Of a DNA stretch of 64,000 nt, positions 42,152 through 53,026 are shown in pieces; position 1 is the stretch's first letter, and each line of letters begins with the position of its first letter. The translations under genes were made by a program, and so were the position numbers. Source of the stretch: Candidatus Omnitrophota bacterium (GTDB taxonomy: Bacteria > Omnitrophota > Gorgyraeia > Gygaellales > UBA12090); the NCBI GenBank assembly GCA_030674475.1, contig JAUSCZ010000007.1, forward strand, positions 669-64,668, in the 5' to 3' direction. The notes under the pieces are model-generated. The model was not told the DNA's origin, did no database searches, and saw only the letters and a program-made list of their open reading frames with translations.

Positions 42152-42595
42152 ATGAAAGTTATATTAAAGCAGGATGTGGAAAAATTAGGAAAGGCCTGGG
42201 ATGTGGTTAATATCAAAGACGGCTATGCCAGGAATTTTTTGTTTCCCCGGGGGCTTATTCTCGCGGTAACCAAAGAAAACTTAAAGCTTAAGGAAAAATT
42301 AGAGGCCTCTAAGGCTGTCTTGGAAGAAAAGAATAAAAAAGAGGCCCAGGGCCTGGCTAAGAAACTTCTGACTGAGTCTTTTACCCTTACCCGGGAGGCA
42401 ACGGCCGAGGATAAACTCTATGGAAGCATTGACGCTCAAGAGCTTGAGAAATTATTAAAGAGCGAAGGGTATGATATTGACAAGAAAAACATCCTCCTGG
42501 CTGAACCGATAAAGTCTTTAGGCGCCTATACTGTGGATTTAAAACTGCATCCTGAGGTCACCGCTGCAATCAAGGTTTGGATAGTCAGGAAGTAA
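42152..42595 (+). CDS. rplI: 50S ribosomal protein L9
   Basis: MKVILKQDVEKLGKAWDVVNIKDGYARNFLFPRGLI is canonical bL9. Confidence 0.85.
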   Translation: MKVILKQDVEKLGKAWDVVNIKDGYARNFLFPRGLILAVTKENLKLKEKLEASKAVLEEKNKKEAQGLAKKLLTESFTLTREATAEDKLYGSIDAQELEKLLKSEGYDIDKKNILLAEPIKSLGAYTVDLKLHPEVTAAIKVWIVRK

Positions 42596-42723
42596 ATTTA
42601 ATGACAAATGACAAAATCCAAAGCTCAAAATAAATCCAAAACCTAAATATCCGAAACTCTTGTTTTGGTATTGGTGTTTAGAAATTATTTTGGATTTTGT
42701 GCTTTGTTATTTGAATTTAATCG

Positions 42724-44067
42724 ATGCCTCAGGAACTTATCTTAGAAAAACTCCCGCCCCAGAATCTCGAAGCTGAAATGGCTGTTTTAGGTTCGATGCT
42801 TATTGACGAAGAAGCCATTGCCCAGGCAATTGAGATTTTATCTCCGGAATTATTCTACAAAGACAGCCACCGCCGCATCTATAACTGCATACTGGGGTTG
42901 TTTAATCAGAATAAGGCCATTGATATTATTACCATCTGTGAGGAATTGAAGAAGCAGAATATCCTGGATAAGGTTGAAGGGCCCAGCTATATAGCCTCAT
43001 TGGTTAATACCGTCCCTACCGCGGCCAATATTCAGCATTACGCCCATATCGTCAGGGAAAAGGCAACCTTGCGGGCTTTAATCAGTAATTCTACCCGGAT
43101 AATCAGCGATGCCTATACCGCTGAAGGGAATACTGATGTGGTTTTGGATGACGCCGAGCGGCTTATCTTTGAAATCAGGGATCAGCGCAAATCAGGCCAG
43201 GTTGTCCCCCTGAAGGAAATAATCAAGGATTCTATTGAGGCAATTGATAAGCTTTATCAGAGGAAGGTTCATGTTACCGGAATAGCCAGCGGATACACCG
43301 ATTTTGACATCAAGACCGCCGGCCTTCAGCCTTCAGACCTGATTATTGTCGCCGGCCGGCCTTCGATGGGTAAAAGCGCGCTGGCTTTAGGGATGGTGGA
43401 ATATGCCGCGGTTATCGAAAAAGTGCCTACCGCGTTTTTTAGCTTGGAAATGTCTAAAGAGCAGCTGGTTCAGCGTCTTCTTTGCTCTCATGCCAGGGTT
43501 GACGCCCATAAGGTGCGCACGGGTTTTTTATCGCTTTCCGATTGGCCGAAATTAACCGCCGCCGCCGGTAAACTTTCCGAGGCCCCTATTTTTATTGATG
43601 ATACTCCGTCTATTTCAGCAATGGAATTAAGGGCCAAGGCCAGGAGGTTGAAATCTCAGTACGATATTAAGATGATTGTTTTGGATTATCTTCAGCTTAT
43701 GCGCGGCTCAAATAAGATTGAGAACAGACAACAGGAAATTTCCGATATATCGCGTTCGTTGAAAGCTTTGGCCAGAGAGTTGAATGTTCCGGTGATTGCC
43801 ATAAGCCAGCTCTCCCGGGCGGTAGAAAGCCGCACCGACCATAAGCCGCAGTTATCCGACCTCAGGGAATCGGGGGCGATTGAGCAGGACGCGGATGTGG
43901 TGGTTTTGCTTATGCGCGAAGAATATTATAATCCCACCGAAGAGAATAAGGGCCTGGCCGAGATAAACATTGCCAAACAGCGTAACGGCCCGGTAGGAGC
44001 CTTTAATCTGGTTTTTGTTAAGGAGTACGCCCGATTTGAGAATATGGCCCGGCCGGGAGAGGAATAA
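42724..44067 (+). CDS. dnaB: Replicative DNA helicase DnaB (no intein)
   Basis: PPQNLEAEMAVLGSMLID..., Walker A GRPSMGKSA, 447 aa. Confidence 0.85.
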   Translation: MPQELILEKLPPQNLEAEMAVLGSMLIDEEAIAQAIEILSPELFYKDSHRRIYNCILGLFNQNKAIDIITICEELKKQNILDKVEGPSYIASLVNTVPTAANIQHYAHIVREKATLRALISNSTRIISDAYTAEGNTDVVLDDAERLIFEIRDQRKSGQVVPLKEIIKDSIEAIDKLYQRKVHVTGIASGYTDFDIKTAGLQPSDLIIVAGRPSMGKSALALGMVEYAAVIEKVPTAFFSLEMSKEQLVQRLLCSHARVDAHKVRTGFLSLSDWPKLTAAAGKLSEAPIFIDDTPSISAMELRAKARRLKSQYDIKMIVLDYLQLMRGSNKIENRQQEISDISRSLKALARELNVPVIAISQLSRAVESRTDHKPQLSDLRESGAIEQDADVVVLLMREEYYNPTEENKGLAEINIAKQRNGPVGAFNLVFVKEYARFENMARPGEE

Positions 44068-44108
44068 TTTAATTGCTTTTTGAAGTGTAATTCACTATAA
44101 TAAAATAT

Positions 44109-46541
44109 ATGAGAATAAAGAGTTTATTGGTTTTTATCATCGGCGTCTTAGGTTTATTGTCCGGAACAGCTTATTCGCAAGGCTCGGCTAATCAGACAGC
44201 CGAAGAAAGATCTGTCTTGGGGGCCGCTGTAGACCCGGGCGCGCCTGAAGCAGCTTTAAAATCAGCCCAAAGCCTGCCTGCGGTGAGCAGAGTCGAACCG
44301 CCTGTCGAGAAGAAGGTTACGGCTATTGAGGTTCAAGGCAACAGGTTCATTAGTTCAGCGGTTATTCTTTCCAAAATTAAGACCCGTCCGGGTTCGCTGT
44401 ATTCCACTAATATTATCAGTGAGGATATTAAACGGGTCAATGAATTGGGTTATTTCAGCGACATCAAGATAGATACCCAAAATTTTGAGGAAGGGCTTAA
44501 GGTGTTCATAATTGTTACCGAGAAATTGCTTATCGGAAAAATTGTTTTCAAGGGTTATTTTTCCCGGATAATCCGTGAAGAGAAATTAAGAGAAACTATT
44601 AAGCTTAAGGAGGGTCAGTATCTGGATGAGGTTCAATTAAGAGAGGACCTTCAGACAATCAAGGATGCCTGTGTTAAGAAAGGCTATCCTGAGGCCCGGA
44701 TAACTCAAGCCCAGGTTATCAGCCCTGAGACCAACAAGGTAATTCTTACCATTACCATTGATTCCGGCGCCCGGATGAAGATAAAAAAATTCGATATCCG
44801 CGGCAATAAAAATTTAAAAACCAAAAGGTTGATTAAGCTGATGAAAAGCCGCCGGGCGGGTTTTTTTAGTTCGGGTTTTTACAAAGAGGATCTTTTAAAG
44901 GATGACATTGAAAGATTAAAGTCTTTTTACCGCCGGGAAGGCTACACCGACGCCAAAATTGATTACGAAACCGGTTACGGGGCAAAAAAAGGCTGGATGT
45001 TCGTGGTGATCAGGATTGAAGAGGGAAGAAGATATACCATCGGCCGCGTGCGCGCCAAAGGTAACACGGTTTTTAGCGAGGATGAGATAATTAAATCCCT
45101 GAAGGCCTTAGGCGCGGGTAAGGTTTTCAGCCCGGAGAGCATGCACGAAGGCGCTTCTGATATCCAGAGCCTCTATTTTGATCAGGGCTATATTTTTGCC
45201 CAGGCTTCTGAGAGTTCTTATCTAAATCCGGAGACTGACCGGGTGGATGTTACCTATTCTATAGATGAGGGAATAATCGGCTATGTGGACAAGGTTAAGA
45301 TACGGGGGAATATAAAAACTAAAGATAAGGTTATCAGGAGGGAGCTGAGGATATACCCGGGTGAGCGTTTTGACGGGGATAAGCTTAAACGCAGTAAGGA
45401 GCGCCTGCGGAATCTGGGTTTCTTTGAGGAGGTAGGGTATGATATTGAGCCTTCGGATTCTCCCGACCAAAGTAAGAGGAATCTGGTCGTGGATGTAAAA
45501 GAGTCCAAGACCGGAGAGTTCAGTTTCGGCGGCGGATACAGCTCGGTAGACAGCCTGATAGGTTTTGTAGAGATAGCCCAGAAGAATTTTGACTGGAAGA
45601 ATTTTCCTTATTTTACCGGCGGCGGCCAGGATCTGCGTTTTCGGGCGGAACTCGGTTCAATTACCTCTAATTTCGAGATGAGTTTTACCGAACCCTGGAT
45701 GTGGGATTATCCGGTGTCTTTTGGTTTTGACGCTTATCGCAGGGCCCGCGTCAGGCAAACCGATGTGGGTTACGGTTACGGCGAAAAAAGAACCGGAGGC
45801 GACCTGCGCCTGGGAAAAGAGTTAAATGAATATCTTAGGGCCGATACGATGTATAAGATAGAAGAGGTGGATATTTCCAACGCCTCCAGCGATGCCACAG
45901 CCGATCTGATAAAAGAGGTAGGAACAAATATCATAAGCTCAATGCAGTTTGGCTTAACCAGGGATACCCGGGATAATATCTTTAGCCCTTCCAAGGGCTA
46001 TGTCTTAGCCGGGACATTTGAACTTGCCGGCGGGCCTTTCGGAGGCGATAAGGATTTTGTCAAGTTTACCACCGCCAACAGTAAATATTTTGGTTTATTT
46101 AATTCTTCGGTCTTGGAATTGAGGCTGCGCGCCGGATTAACCGATGCCTACGCTAATTCCGGCACCGTTCCTATTTATGAGCGTTTTTACGCCGGAGGCG
46201 CCTATAGCATCCGCGGATATCACGAAAGAAAAATCGGGCCTATAGACCCGGTGTCCAAGGATCCTATTGGAGGCGATTCAATGCTGGTGGGCAACATTGA
46301 ATATCTTTATCCCATTGTTGATTTCATTAAGGGGGCGGTATTCTACGATACGGGTAATGTCTGGAGAAAAATGTCTGATTTTGCTTCCGGAGATTTTAAA
46401 TCAGGTTTTGGTTTTGGGGTGAGGGTTAAAACTCCGATTGGGCCGATGAGATTGGATTATGGCTGGCCCTTAAACAAAGAACCGGGTGAGCCCGCCAAGG
46501 GAAAAGGCAGGTTTCATTTCAGCTTAAGCCACGGCTTTTAA
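44109..46541 (+). CDS. bamA: Outer-membrane protein assembly factor BamA (POTRA domains + C-terminal beta-barrel)
   Basis: 810 aa with signal peptide, POTRA-like repeats and a C-terminal barrel ending ...HFSLSHGF (aromatic terminal residue). Confidence 0.8.
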   Translation: MRIKSLLVFIIGVLGLLSGTAYSQGSANQTAEERSVLGAAVDPGAPEAALKSAQSLPAVSRVEPPVEKKVTAIEVQGNRFISSAVILSKIKTRPGSLYSTNIISEDIKRVNELGYFSDIKIDTQNFEEGLKVFIIVTEKLLIGKIVFKGYFSRIIREEKLRETIKLKEGQYLDEVQLREDLQTIKDACVKKGYPEARITQAQVISPETNKVILTITIDSGARMKIKKFDIRGNKNLKTKRLIKLMKSRRAGFFSSGFYKEDLLKDDIERLKSFYRREGYTDAKIDYETGYGAKKGWMFVVIRIEEGRRYTIGRVRAKGNTVFSEDEIIKSLKALGAGKVFSPESMHEGASDIQSLYFDQGYIFAQASESSYLNPETDRVDVTYSIDEGIIGYVDKVKIRGNIKTKDKVIRRELRIYPGERFDGDKLKRSKERLRNLGFFEEVGYDIEPSDSPDQSKRNLVVDVKESKTGEFSFGGGYSSVDSLIGFVEIAQKNFDWKNFPYFTGGGQDLRFRAELGSITSNFEMSFTEPWMWDYPVSFGFDAYRRARVRQTDVGYGYGEKRTGGDLRLGKELNEYLRADTMYKIEEVDISNASSDATADLIKEVGTNIISSMQFGLTRDTRDNIFSPSKGYVLAGTFELAGGPFGGDKDFVKFTTANSKYFGLFNSSVLELRLRAGLTDAYANSGTVPIYERFYAGGAYSIRGYHERKIGPIDPVSKDPIGGDSMLVGNIEYLYPIVDFIKGAVFYDTGNVWRKMSDFASGDFKSGFGFGVRVKTPIGPMRLDYGWPLNKEPGEPAKGKGRFHFSLSHGF

Positions 46542-46633
46542 GACGCCAAGGCGCAAAAATATTTTTAAATAAATCTTACACCGCGGAGGACGCAAAGTTA
46601 ACAACAATTATTGATAAAAGGAGATAAGAAAAG

Positions 46634-47161
46634 ATGAGAAAAGTGCTTGTAGCGGTTATTATAACGGTGTTTAGTTTTTTATCTTTAGGCCAGGCTCATG
46701 CCGCGGGGGAGAAGACCGGTTCGGTGGATGTGGGGAAGCTTTTTGATGAATACGAAAAGACCAAGGAATATTCCAAAGGCCTTGAGCAGAAAGCCAGTTC
46801 TTATGAAAAAGAGCGGGATGTCAAGATTTCCGAGATAAAACAGCTTCAGGATAAGCTTAATCTTCTTACCGAAGCCGAGAAGGAAAAACAACAGAAGGAT
46901 CTGGAGGATAAGGTTAAGGCGGCGCGTGATTTTACTTTAACCAAAGAAACCGGCCTGAAGAAAGAGGGCGATGACCGGCTTAAAGAGGTAGCTAAAGATA
47001 TAGAAGAGGCCACAGCCCAGTTTGCCAAAAAAGAAGGTTATATCATGATTTTTAACGACCGGGTATTTGCCTATACCAATAAGGCTAATGATGTTACCGA
47101 TAAGGTCTTAGAAATGCTCCAGGCGAATTATAAAAAGGTCAAGGCGCCTTCCGGGAAATAA
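46634..47161 (+). CDS. skp: Periplasmic chaperone Skp/OmpH
   Basis: 175 aa, signal peptide and coiled-coil-rich; canonical position between bamA and lpxD. Confidence 0.75.
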   Translation: MRKVLVAVIITVFSFLSLGQAHAAGEKTGSVDVGKLFDEYEKTKEYSKGLEQKASSYEKERDVKISEIKQLQDKLNLLTEAEKEKQQKDLEDKVKAARDFTLTKETGLKKEGDDRLKEVAKDIEEATAQFAKKEGYIMIFNDRVFAYTNKANDVTDKVLEMLQANYKKVKAPSGK

Positions 47162-47202
47162 TTTTAATAATCATTAAGTGTAATTGAAGTATTGAAATAA
47201 AC

Positions 47203-48225
47203 ATGCAAAGTACTTTATCTGAAATAGCCAAGCTTATTGACGGGGAGATAGTGGGGGATCCGGATACCGTCATAACCGGAGTCAGCGGAATAAAAGAGGC
47301 TCGGCCGGGAGATATCACTTTCTTGGCTAATTCCCGCTACGGCAGCCTGGTAGATGAGACTAATGCCTCGGCTATCATTACCTCCAAGGATGTTGGTTCG
47401 CTCCCTAAGCCGATAATCAAGACCGATAATCCCTCGCTTGCCTTTACCAGGGTAGTTTCTCATATCTGTCCATCCCAGGCGTGTCATCCCGCGGGAATTC
47501 ATCCCAGCGCTATCATCGGCAAGAAGGTATCTTTAGGCAAAGACGCGGCTTTAGGCGCCTATGTGGTAATAGATGATAACGCGGTAATAGGAGACCGGAC
47601 GGTTATTTATCCCGGATGTTTTATCGGCTGCGGTAGTTCTATAGGCAATGATTGTGTTATATATCCTCATGTCTCAATAAGGGAGAAGATAACTATCGGC
47701 AGCCGGGTAATAATTCACAGCGGAACAGTTGTCGGCTCAGACGGGTTTGGTTTTATCAATGTTAACGGCACGCATCAAAAAATCCCTCAGATAGGTACCG
47801 TAGAAATACAGGACGATGTGGAGATAGGAGCCAATGTTACCATTGACCGGGCGCGTTTTGATAAGACAATTGTGGGCAAAGGCACCAAGATTGATAACTT
47901 GGTTCAAATTGCCCATAATGTGATTATCGGTGAAAACACATTAATTATATCTCAGGTAGGTATTTCAGGAAGCACGGTTATCGGAAATAACGCCATCTTA
48001 GCCGGTCAAGCCGGTTTAGTCGGGCATATTACAATCGGGGATGGCGCCACAATCGCCGCCCAGGCCGGGGTTACCAAATCTGTTCCCGCGAATACCTTTG
48101 TTTCCGGGTATCCGGCCAGGCCGCACAGTGAGGCCAAAAAAGTAAATGCCTGCCTTCAGAGACTGCCGCGGCTTTATGAGGAAGTTTCAGCCCTGAAGAA
48201 GCGCCTGGAGGAGTTGGAGAAGTAA
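47203..48225 (+). CDS. lpxD: UDP-3-O-(3-hydroxyacyl)glucosamine N-acyltransferase
   Basis: 340 aa with left-handed beta-helix hexapeptide repeats and an LpxD-type N-terminus. Confidence 0.8.
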   Translation: MQSTLSEIAKLIDGEIVGDPDTVITGVSGIKEARPGDITFLANSRYGSLVDETNASAIITSKDVGSLPKPIIKTDNPSLAFTRVVSHICPSQACHPAGIHPSAIIGKKVSLGKDAALGAYVVIDDNAVIGDRTVIYPGCFIGCGSSIGNDCVIYPHVSIREKITIGSRVIIHSGTVVGSDGFGFINVNGTHQKIPQIGTVEIQDDVEIGANVTIDRARFDKTIVGKGTKIDNLVQIAHNVIIGENTLIISQVGISGSTVIGNNAILAGQAGLVGHITIGDGATIAAQAGVTKSVPANTFVSGYPARPHSEAKKVNACLQRLPRLYEEVSALKKRLEELEK

Positions 48226-49545
48226 ATGGAACTTATGCAGAAGACAATTAAGAGTCCGGTTAAAATTTCAGGAGTAGGCTTACACACCGGCAATAAGGTT
48301 AACCTGACATTTAAGCCGGCTGAGGTAAATACCGGAACAAATTTTATACGTTTAGATTTGGTCCAGAAGCCGGTAATAAAGGTAGATTGCCGGAATCTTT
48401 TAGAGTCTATGAGCAGTATGCGCCGCACTTCCTTAGGGGCAAATGATTCTGAGGCGCATACGGTTGAGCATCTTCTGGCGGTTTTATCCGGATTGCAGTT
48501 AGATAACCTTTTGATAGAACTTGATAATAACGAGATACCCGGGATGGACGGTTCCGGGCTTGATTTCTTAGAGGCGCTTAAAAAAGCGGGCATAATAGAA
48601 CAGGACGCGCCGAAAAAATTTTACACCCTGAAAGAACCGATAAGCGTCCAGGATGAAAACGGGACGATTGTAGCCCTTCCCGATAATGATTACAAAATTT
48701 CCTATACCTTAAATTATAATCACTCTTTTCTTAGGTCCCAATATATGGATTTAACCCTGAACCCGGAAGCCTTTGAGAGTGAGCTTGCCCGGGCCAGGAC
48801 ATTTTGTCTTAAAGAAGAAGCGGATGACCTGCAGGGGAAAGGCTTGGGCCGGGGGGCTAATTATCAGAATACCCTGGTGGTCGGCGAGAATGAGGTTATC
48901 AATAATACATTACGTTTTGGCGATGAATTCGTGCGCCACAAAATATTGGACTTGATGGGAGACCTTTATGTGTTAGGTGTGCCGCTTAAAGCCAGGATAA
49001 TCGCCATCAGGAGCGGGCATTCCCTTAATCTAAAACTAGTTAAGAAAATTTGGCAGCAAAAGGCGCGCTTTGAGCTTGGGGGGATATCCGCCGGTTATAT
49101 TCCTAAGAGCGATGAAGTAATTGACACCTCAATGATTATGAAGATACTTCCTCACCGTTATCCCTTTCTTCTGGTGGATAAAATTATTTCTATGGAGAAG
49201 GGGAAGCGGGCGGTGGGAATCAAGAATGTAACTATGAATGAGAATTTTTTCGTTGGGCATTTTCCCGGCCGGCCGGTTATGCCCGGAGTCTTAATCGTTG
49301 AGGCCATGGCTCAGGTGGGAGGAGTAATGATGCTTTCTTCCGAAGAAAACCAGGGGAAATTGGCCTTTTTTATGGCAGTGGACCGGGTAAAATTCAGAAA
49401 GACGGTTTTGCCGGGAGACCAGCTGGTGATTGAGGTTATCGCCGGTAGAATTAAATCCAAGACCGGCCGGGTTTACGGTAAGGCTTATGTGGATGGTAAA
49501 GTAGCCGCTGAAGGCGAGCTGATGTTTGCCCTGGTGGATAATTAA
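48226..49545 (+). CDS. lpxC-fabZ: Fused UDP-3-O-acyl-GlcNAc deacetylase / 3-hydroxyacyl-ACP dehydratase (LpxC-FabZ fusion)
   Basis: The N-terminal ~280 aa match LpxC (HTxEH, ...GHSLN). The C-terminal ~150 aa match the FabZ hotdog ([14 protein letters not shown]...[16 protein letters not shown]). Confidence 0.8.
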   Translation: MELMQKTIKSPVKISGVGLHTGNKVNLTFKPAEVNTGTNFIRLDLVQKPVIKVDCRNLLESMSSMRRTSLGANDSEAHTVEHLLAVLSGLQLDNLLIELDNNEIPGMDGSGLDFLEALKKAGIIEQDAPKKFYTLKEPISVQDENGTIVALPDNDYKISYTLNYNHSFLRSQYMDLTLNPEAFESELARARTFCLKEEADDLQGKGLGRGANYQNTLVVGENEVINNTLRFGDEFVRHKILDLMGDLYVLGVPLKARIIAIRSGHSLNLKLVKKIWQQKARFELGGISAGYIPKSDEVIDTSMIMKILPHRYPFLLVDKIISMEKGKRAVGIKNVTMNENFFVGHFPGRPVMPGVLIVEAMAQVGGVMMLSSEENQGKLAFFMAVDRVKFRKTVLPGDQLVIEVIAGRIKSKTGRVYGKAYVDGKVAAEGELMFALVDN

Positions 49546-49547
49546 AA

Positions 49548-50345
49548 ATGATACATAAAACAGCGATAGTTGCTCCAGAAGCTCAGGTTTCCGGCGATGT
49601 AGAAATCGGGCCGTGGACCGTTATCGGGCCCAAGGTTAAAATCGGCTCCGGGGTGAAAATCGGTAATTCTTGTCTGATTGACGGCAGTACCGTTATCGGA
49701 GCCGGATGCCAGATTTTTAATGGGGCGGTTATAGGAAGCGTTCCTCAGGATTTAAAATATAAAGGCGAAGACACTAAATTAATAATCGGCGAGAATAACA
49801 TTATCCGGGAATATACTACCATTAATTTAGGGACAGTAGAAAAAGGATTGACTCAGGTGGGCAGTAACAACCTGATTATGGCCTATTCGCATATTGCCCA
49901 TGATTGTGTGGTGGGGGATAATTGTGTTCTGGCAAATTGCGCTACCTTGGCCGGCCATGTTACCATAGAAGACCGGGCTGTTATCGGAGGTTTGGTGGCC
50001 ATACACCAATTTACCCGGGTGGGTAAGATGTCTATTATCGGCGGCTGTTCCAAAGTGGTTCAGGATATTCCGCCTTTCTCTACTTGTGACGGCCATCCGG
50101 CTAAGGTTTACGGTTTGAATCTGGTTGGACTTCGCCGGGCCCAGATTTCCTCCAAGATTATCTCGGAGTTAAAAATCGCGTTCAAAATACTTTTCTTCCT
50201 TGGCCTGAACAAGGCCAGCGCTGTAGAAAAAGCCAGGCAGGACATTCCCCAAAGTCCTGAAGCCGCTTATTTATTAGATTTCATAAAGTCTTCTTCGCGG
50301 GGAGTTGCCAAGGCAAACCGCGCGCCACAGGAAGAATCTCAATAA
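49548..50345 (+). CDS. lpxA: Acyl-ACP:UDP-GlcNAc O-acyltransferase
   Basis: MIHKTAIVAPEAQVSGDVEIGPWTVIGP... hexapeptide repeats; 265 aa. Confidence 0.85.
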   Translation: MIHKTAIVAPEAQVSGDVEIGPWTVIGPKVKIGSGVKIGNSCLIDGSTVIGAGCQIFNGAVIGSVPQDLKYKGEDTKLIIGENNIIREYTTINLGTVEKGLTQVGSNNLIMAYSHIAHDCVVGDNCVLANCATLAGHVTIEDRAVIGGLVAIHQFTRVGKMSIIGGCSKVVQDIPPFSTCDGHPAKVYGLNLVGLRRAQISSKIISELKIAFKILFFLGLNKASAVEKARQDIPQSPEAAYLLDFIKSSSRGVAKANRAPQEESQ

Positions 50346-50386
50346 TTTCTCGCCAAATTTAAAATAGGCTTTCCTTTCCTGTGCTA

Positions 50387-50561
50387 CTACATTGTGACAT
50401 TAGTTTATGTCACAATGTAGTAAGGGGGTGTGGGGGAGACCGTCCCCCACGATTGGGGGGTGCTCAGCGAACGAAGTGAGCGCCGAAGGGGGGCTTGCCC
50501 CCCTAGCGGAAGTGCGAAGTGACATTCATTCGATTATCAAGTATTTATGTCACGGAGCACT
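50387..50561 (+). repeat. ~175-bp GC-rich structured repeat element, copy 2 (flanking inverted repeat TACATTGTGACAT/ATGTCACAATGTA; same core as copy 1; tail ...TTTATGTCACGGAGCACT)
   Basis: Core nearly identical to 32135..32230. The tail again supplies an in-frame ATG (ORF-track start 50547) upstream of lpxI. Confidence 0.7.
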
Positions 50562-50605
50562 ATTGATGGGATAGCGCGGGGCAGGCAATCAAGGAAAGGC
50601 CAAAG

Positions 50606-51419
50606 CATGGAAAAAATAGGTCTTATTGCCGGAAGGGGCAATTTTCCGATTCTATTCTCTCAGGAAGCCGCTCATTTAGGTTATTCGGTTATCGCTATTG
50701 CCGTTAAGGGAAATACCCGAAGGTGCCTGAAAAAATACGCGGCTAAGCTCTTTTGGATTAAGGTTACTGAATTTAAGGATATAGCCGCTAAGTTTAAACA
50801 GGAAGGCGTATCCAAAGCGGCGATGGCCGGCCAGATTAATCCTTATTTTCTCTTTAATCCTAAGATTATGTCTAATCCCGATGTCCGGGATTTTTTCGGT
50901 AAAATAGAGGACCGGCGCGCGGATACCATTTTTAACGCCTTTACCAGGAGACTACAGGAAGCGGGATTAGAGCTTATCGCCTCAACCGCGTTTCTGGCTA
51001 AATATATGCCTAAGGAAGGGGTCTTGAGCAAAAGGAAACCAACAGAAACAGAGGGTAAGGATATCTCTTTCGGCTTTACAATAGCCAGGCACTTAGGGGT
51101 TAGGGATATCGGCCAGAGTGTCTGTGTTAAAAACGGAGTAATTTTAGCGGTTGAATCAATAGAGGGAACGGATAATACTATTCTCCGGGCAAAATCTTTA
51201 GCCCGGTCCTCGGTAGTTTTGGTTAAGACCGCCAAGCCCAATCAGGATATGCGTTTTGATGTCCCGGTGGTGGGCCTCAGGACAGTCAGGAATTTACCTC
51301 GCGGCAGTTGTTTGGCCTTTGAGGCGGAGAAGACTATTTTTCTGGATCAGAAGGAGGCCTTCGCCCTGGCCGATAAAAAAGATATAACAATAGTCGCGCG
51401 AAAGCTCCCGATAGCGTAG
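50606..51419 (+). CDS. lpxI: UDP-2,3-diacylglucosamine hydrolase LpxI (DUF1009)
   Basis: MEKIGLIAGRGNFPILF is the typical LpxI N-terminus. RBS AAGGAAAGG precedes the ATG at 50606. Confidence 0.7.
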
Positions 51420-51446
51420 GTGGCGGCGCGCCCCGCGCGAGGAATA

Positions 51447-51818
51447 ATGGAAAAGAAAATATTGGTTGTGGATGATAATCGTTTAAGCCGGGAGATAAAT
51501 TGTTCTACCCTGGAGGGCGCCGGCTATAAAACAATTATGGCCTCAGACGGAAATGAGGGATTGAGCCTGCTTAAGACCGGAAAAATAGACCTGATTATAT
51601 TGGATCTGATTATGCCCGGACTGGACGGTTTTGGTTTTTTGAGCGTCTGTAAAACAGACCCCCTTTATAAAGATATTCCGGTTATAGTGATAACCGGAAG
51701 GGATTCTCCGGAAGAAGTAAAAATGGTTAAGGATCTGGGCGCCAGCGAGTGTTTAGTGAAGCATAGGATGCCCCCGGTAGTTTTTTTAAAATCCGTAAAG
51801 ACAGCGCTGGGCGGTTAA
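51447..51818 (+). CDS. Stand-alone response-regulator receiver domain (CheY-like)
   Basis: KILVVDDN...DLIILDLIMPGLDGF...K: canonical receiver Asp/Lys residues, 123 aa. Confidence 0.7.
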   Translation: MEKKILVVDDNRLSREINCSTLEGAGYKTIMASDGNEGLSLLKTGKIDLIILDLIMPGLDGFGFLSVCKTDPLYKDIPVIVITGRDSPEEVKMVKDLGASECLVKHRMPPVVFLKSVKTALGG

Positions 51819-52025
51819 ACCCCATTTTGGGTTATCCTTGAAAAGATAAAAAGGTTTGTTATAATAGGTTCTGCTCATTGTTACCCCGCCTCGCAAGATG
51901 AGGTAAAATTCTCTTCGATAATTTTACCTCGCTCTGGCGGGATTAATTCGCAGACGCTTCGCTATAACTTATATCGCACTTTTTGTGCGATATAAGTTAT
52001 CTGCTCATTAAGGAGGTAGATTAAT

Positions 52026-53000
52026 ATGTCGTTATTTGGGTTAAAATTCAGGATGTGGTTTCTGGTTACTACTCTCTTTGCTATTCTCTACGGAATTATT
52101 TCAGCCGTAGCCGCGGGGATGGGGATAGGTAATTTCTGGTTTTATCTGGCAATATCGCTGGTTATGCTCTTTATCCAGTATATGATCGGCCCGAAGATTA
52201 TTGAGTGGAGTATGCGGGTGAAGTATGTGGGAAAATCTGAATACCCTAAGCTTTACGAGATGGTGGAAGATTTGTCCCGTTCAGCCAAGATACCTATGCC
52301 CAGAGTCGCCCTTGCCGATATCGGCATCCCCAATGCCTTTGCCTTTGGCCGCTGGAGCAGTGACGGAAGGGTCTGTGTTACCCGCGGGATTATGAACTTA
52401 CTCAGTGAAGAAGAGCTTAAGGCGGTATTAGCCCATGAGGTGTCCCATCTTAAAAATCGGGATGTGTTAACCATAACCCTGCTTTCAGTTATACCGATAA
52501 TTTTATACCGCGTAGCCTTTAGTCTTTTGTGGTCCGGCGGAAATCGCCGCCGGGAAAGCGGAGCCAACTCGGCTTTAATCGGATTAGCGGCGATGGTTTT
52601 TTACTTTATTACTAATCTTTTAGTGCTGTATGCCTCAAGGATACGGGAATATTTTGCCGACCGGGGAGCCCTTGATTTGGGTGCCGCTCCTAACCATTTA
52701 GCTTCAGCTTTATATAAGCTGGTTTACGGCTCGGCCCGGGCAAGCAAAGAAAGCCTCAAAGAGGTTGAAGGGCTTAAGGCCTTTTTTGCCAATGACCCCT
52801 CCTGCGCTCTTAATGAACTTAAAGAGCTTCGCCAGTTAGATTTAGATAAATCCGGAACCATTGATTCTTACGAATTATCCGCTTTAAGCGCGAAACAGCT
52901 TAATCTTGGCTTCGGGGAGAGGCTTTTAGAGGTAATGAGCACCCATCCTAATATGCTTAAACGGATTAAACAGTTATCAACCTACAAAATAGGTAGTTAG
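52026..53000 (+). CDS. htpX: Zinc metalloprotease HtpX (M48) with C-terminal EF-hand-like calcium-binding loop
   Basis: HEVSHL zinc motif and multiple TM segments. The C-terminal DLDKSGTIDSYE fits the 12-residue EF-hand loop consensus. Confidence 0.75.
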   Translation: MSLFGLKFRMWFLVTTLFAILYGIISAVAAGMGIGNFWFYLAISLVMLFIQYMIGPKIIEWSMRVKYVGKSEYPKLYEMVEDLSRSAKIPMPRVALADIGIPNAFAFGRWSSDGRVCVTRGIMNLLSEEELKAVLAHEVSHLKNRDVLTITLLSVIPIILYRVAFSLLWSGGNRRRESGANSALIGLAAMVFYFITNLLVLYASRIREYFADRGALDLGAAPNHLASALYKLVYGSARASKESLKEVEGLKAFFANDPSCALNELKELRQLDLDKSGTIDSYELSALSAKQLNLGFGERLLEVMSTHPNMLKRIKQLSTYKIGS

Positions 53001-53026
53001 AGGTTGGAAGTTGGTAGTTTGGGGAA

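Noticed and set aside
50547-50605. LpxI N-terminal extension MSRSTIDGIARGRQSRKGQS from the ORF-track start
   Set aside because: The canonical LpxI N-terminus MEKIGLIAG with its own RBS begins at 50606. The extension is repeat-element sequence, so it is kept only as a finding (possible start-codon donation), not as the primary gene model.
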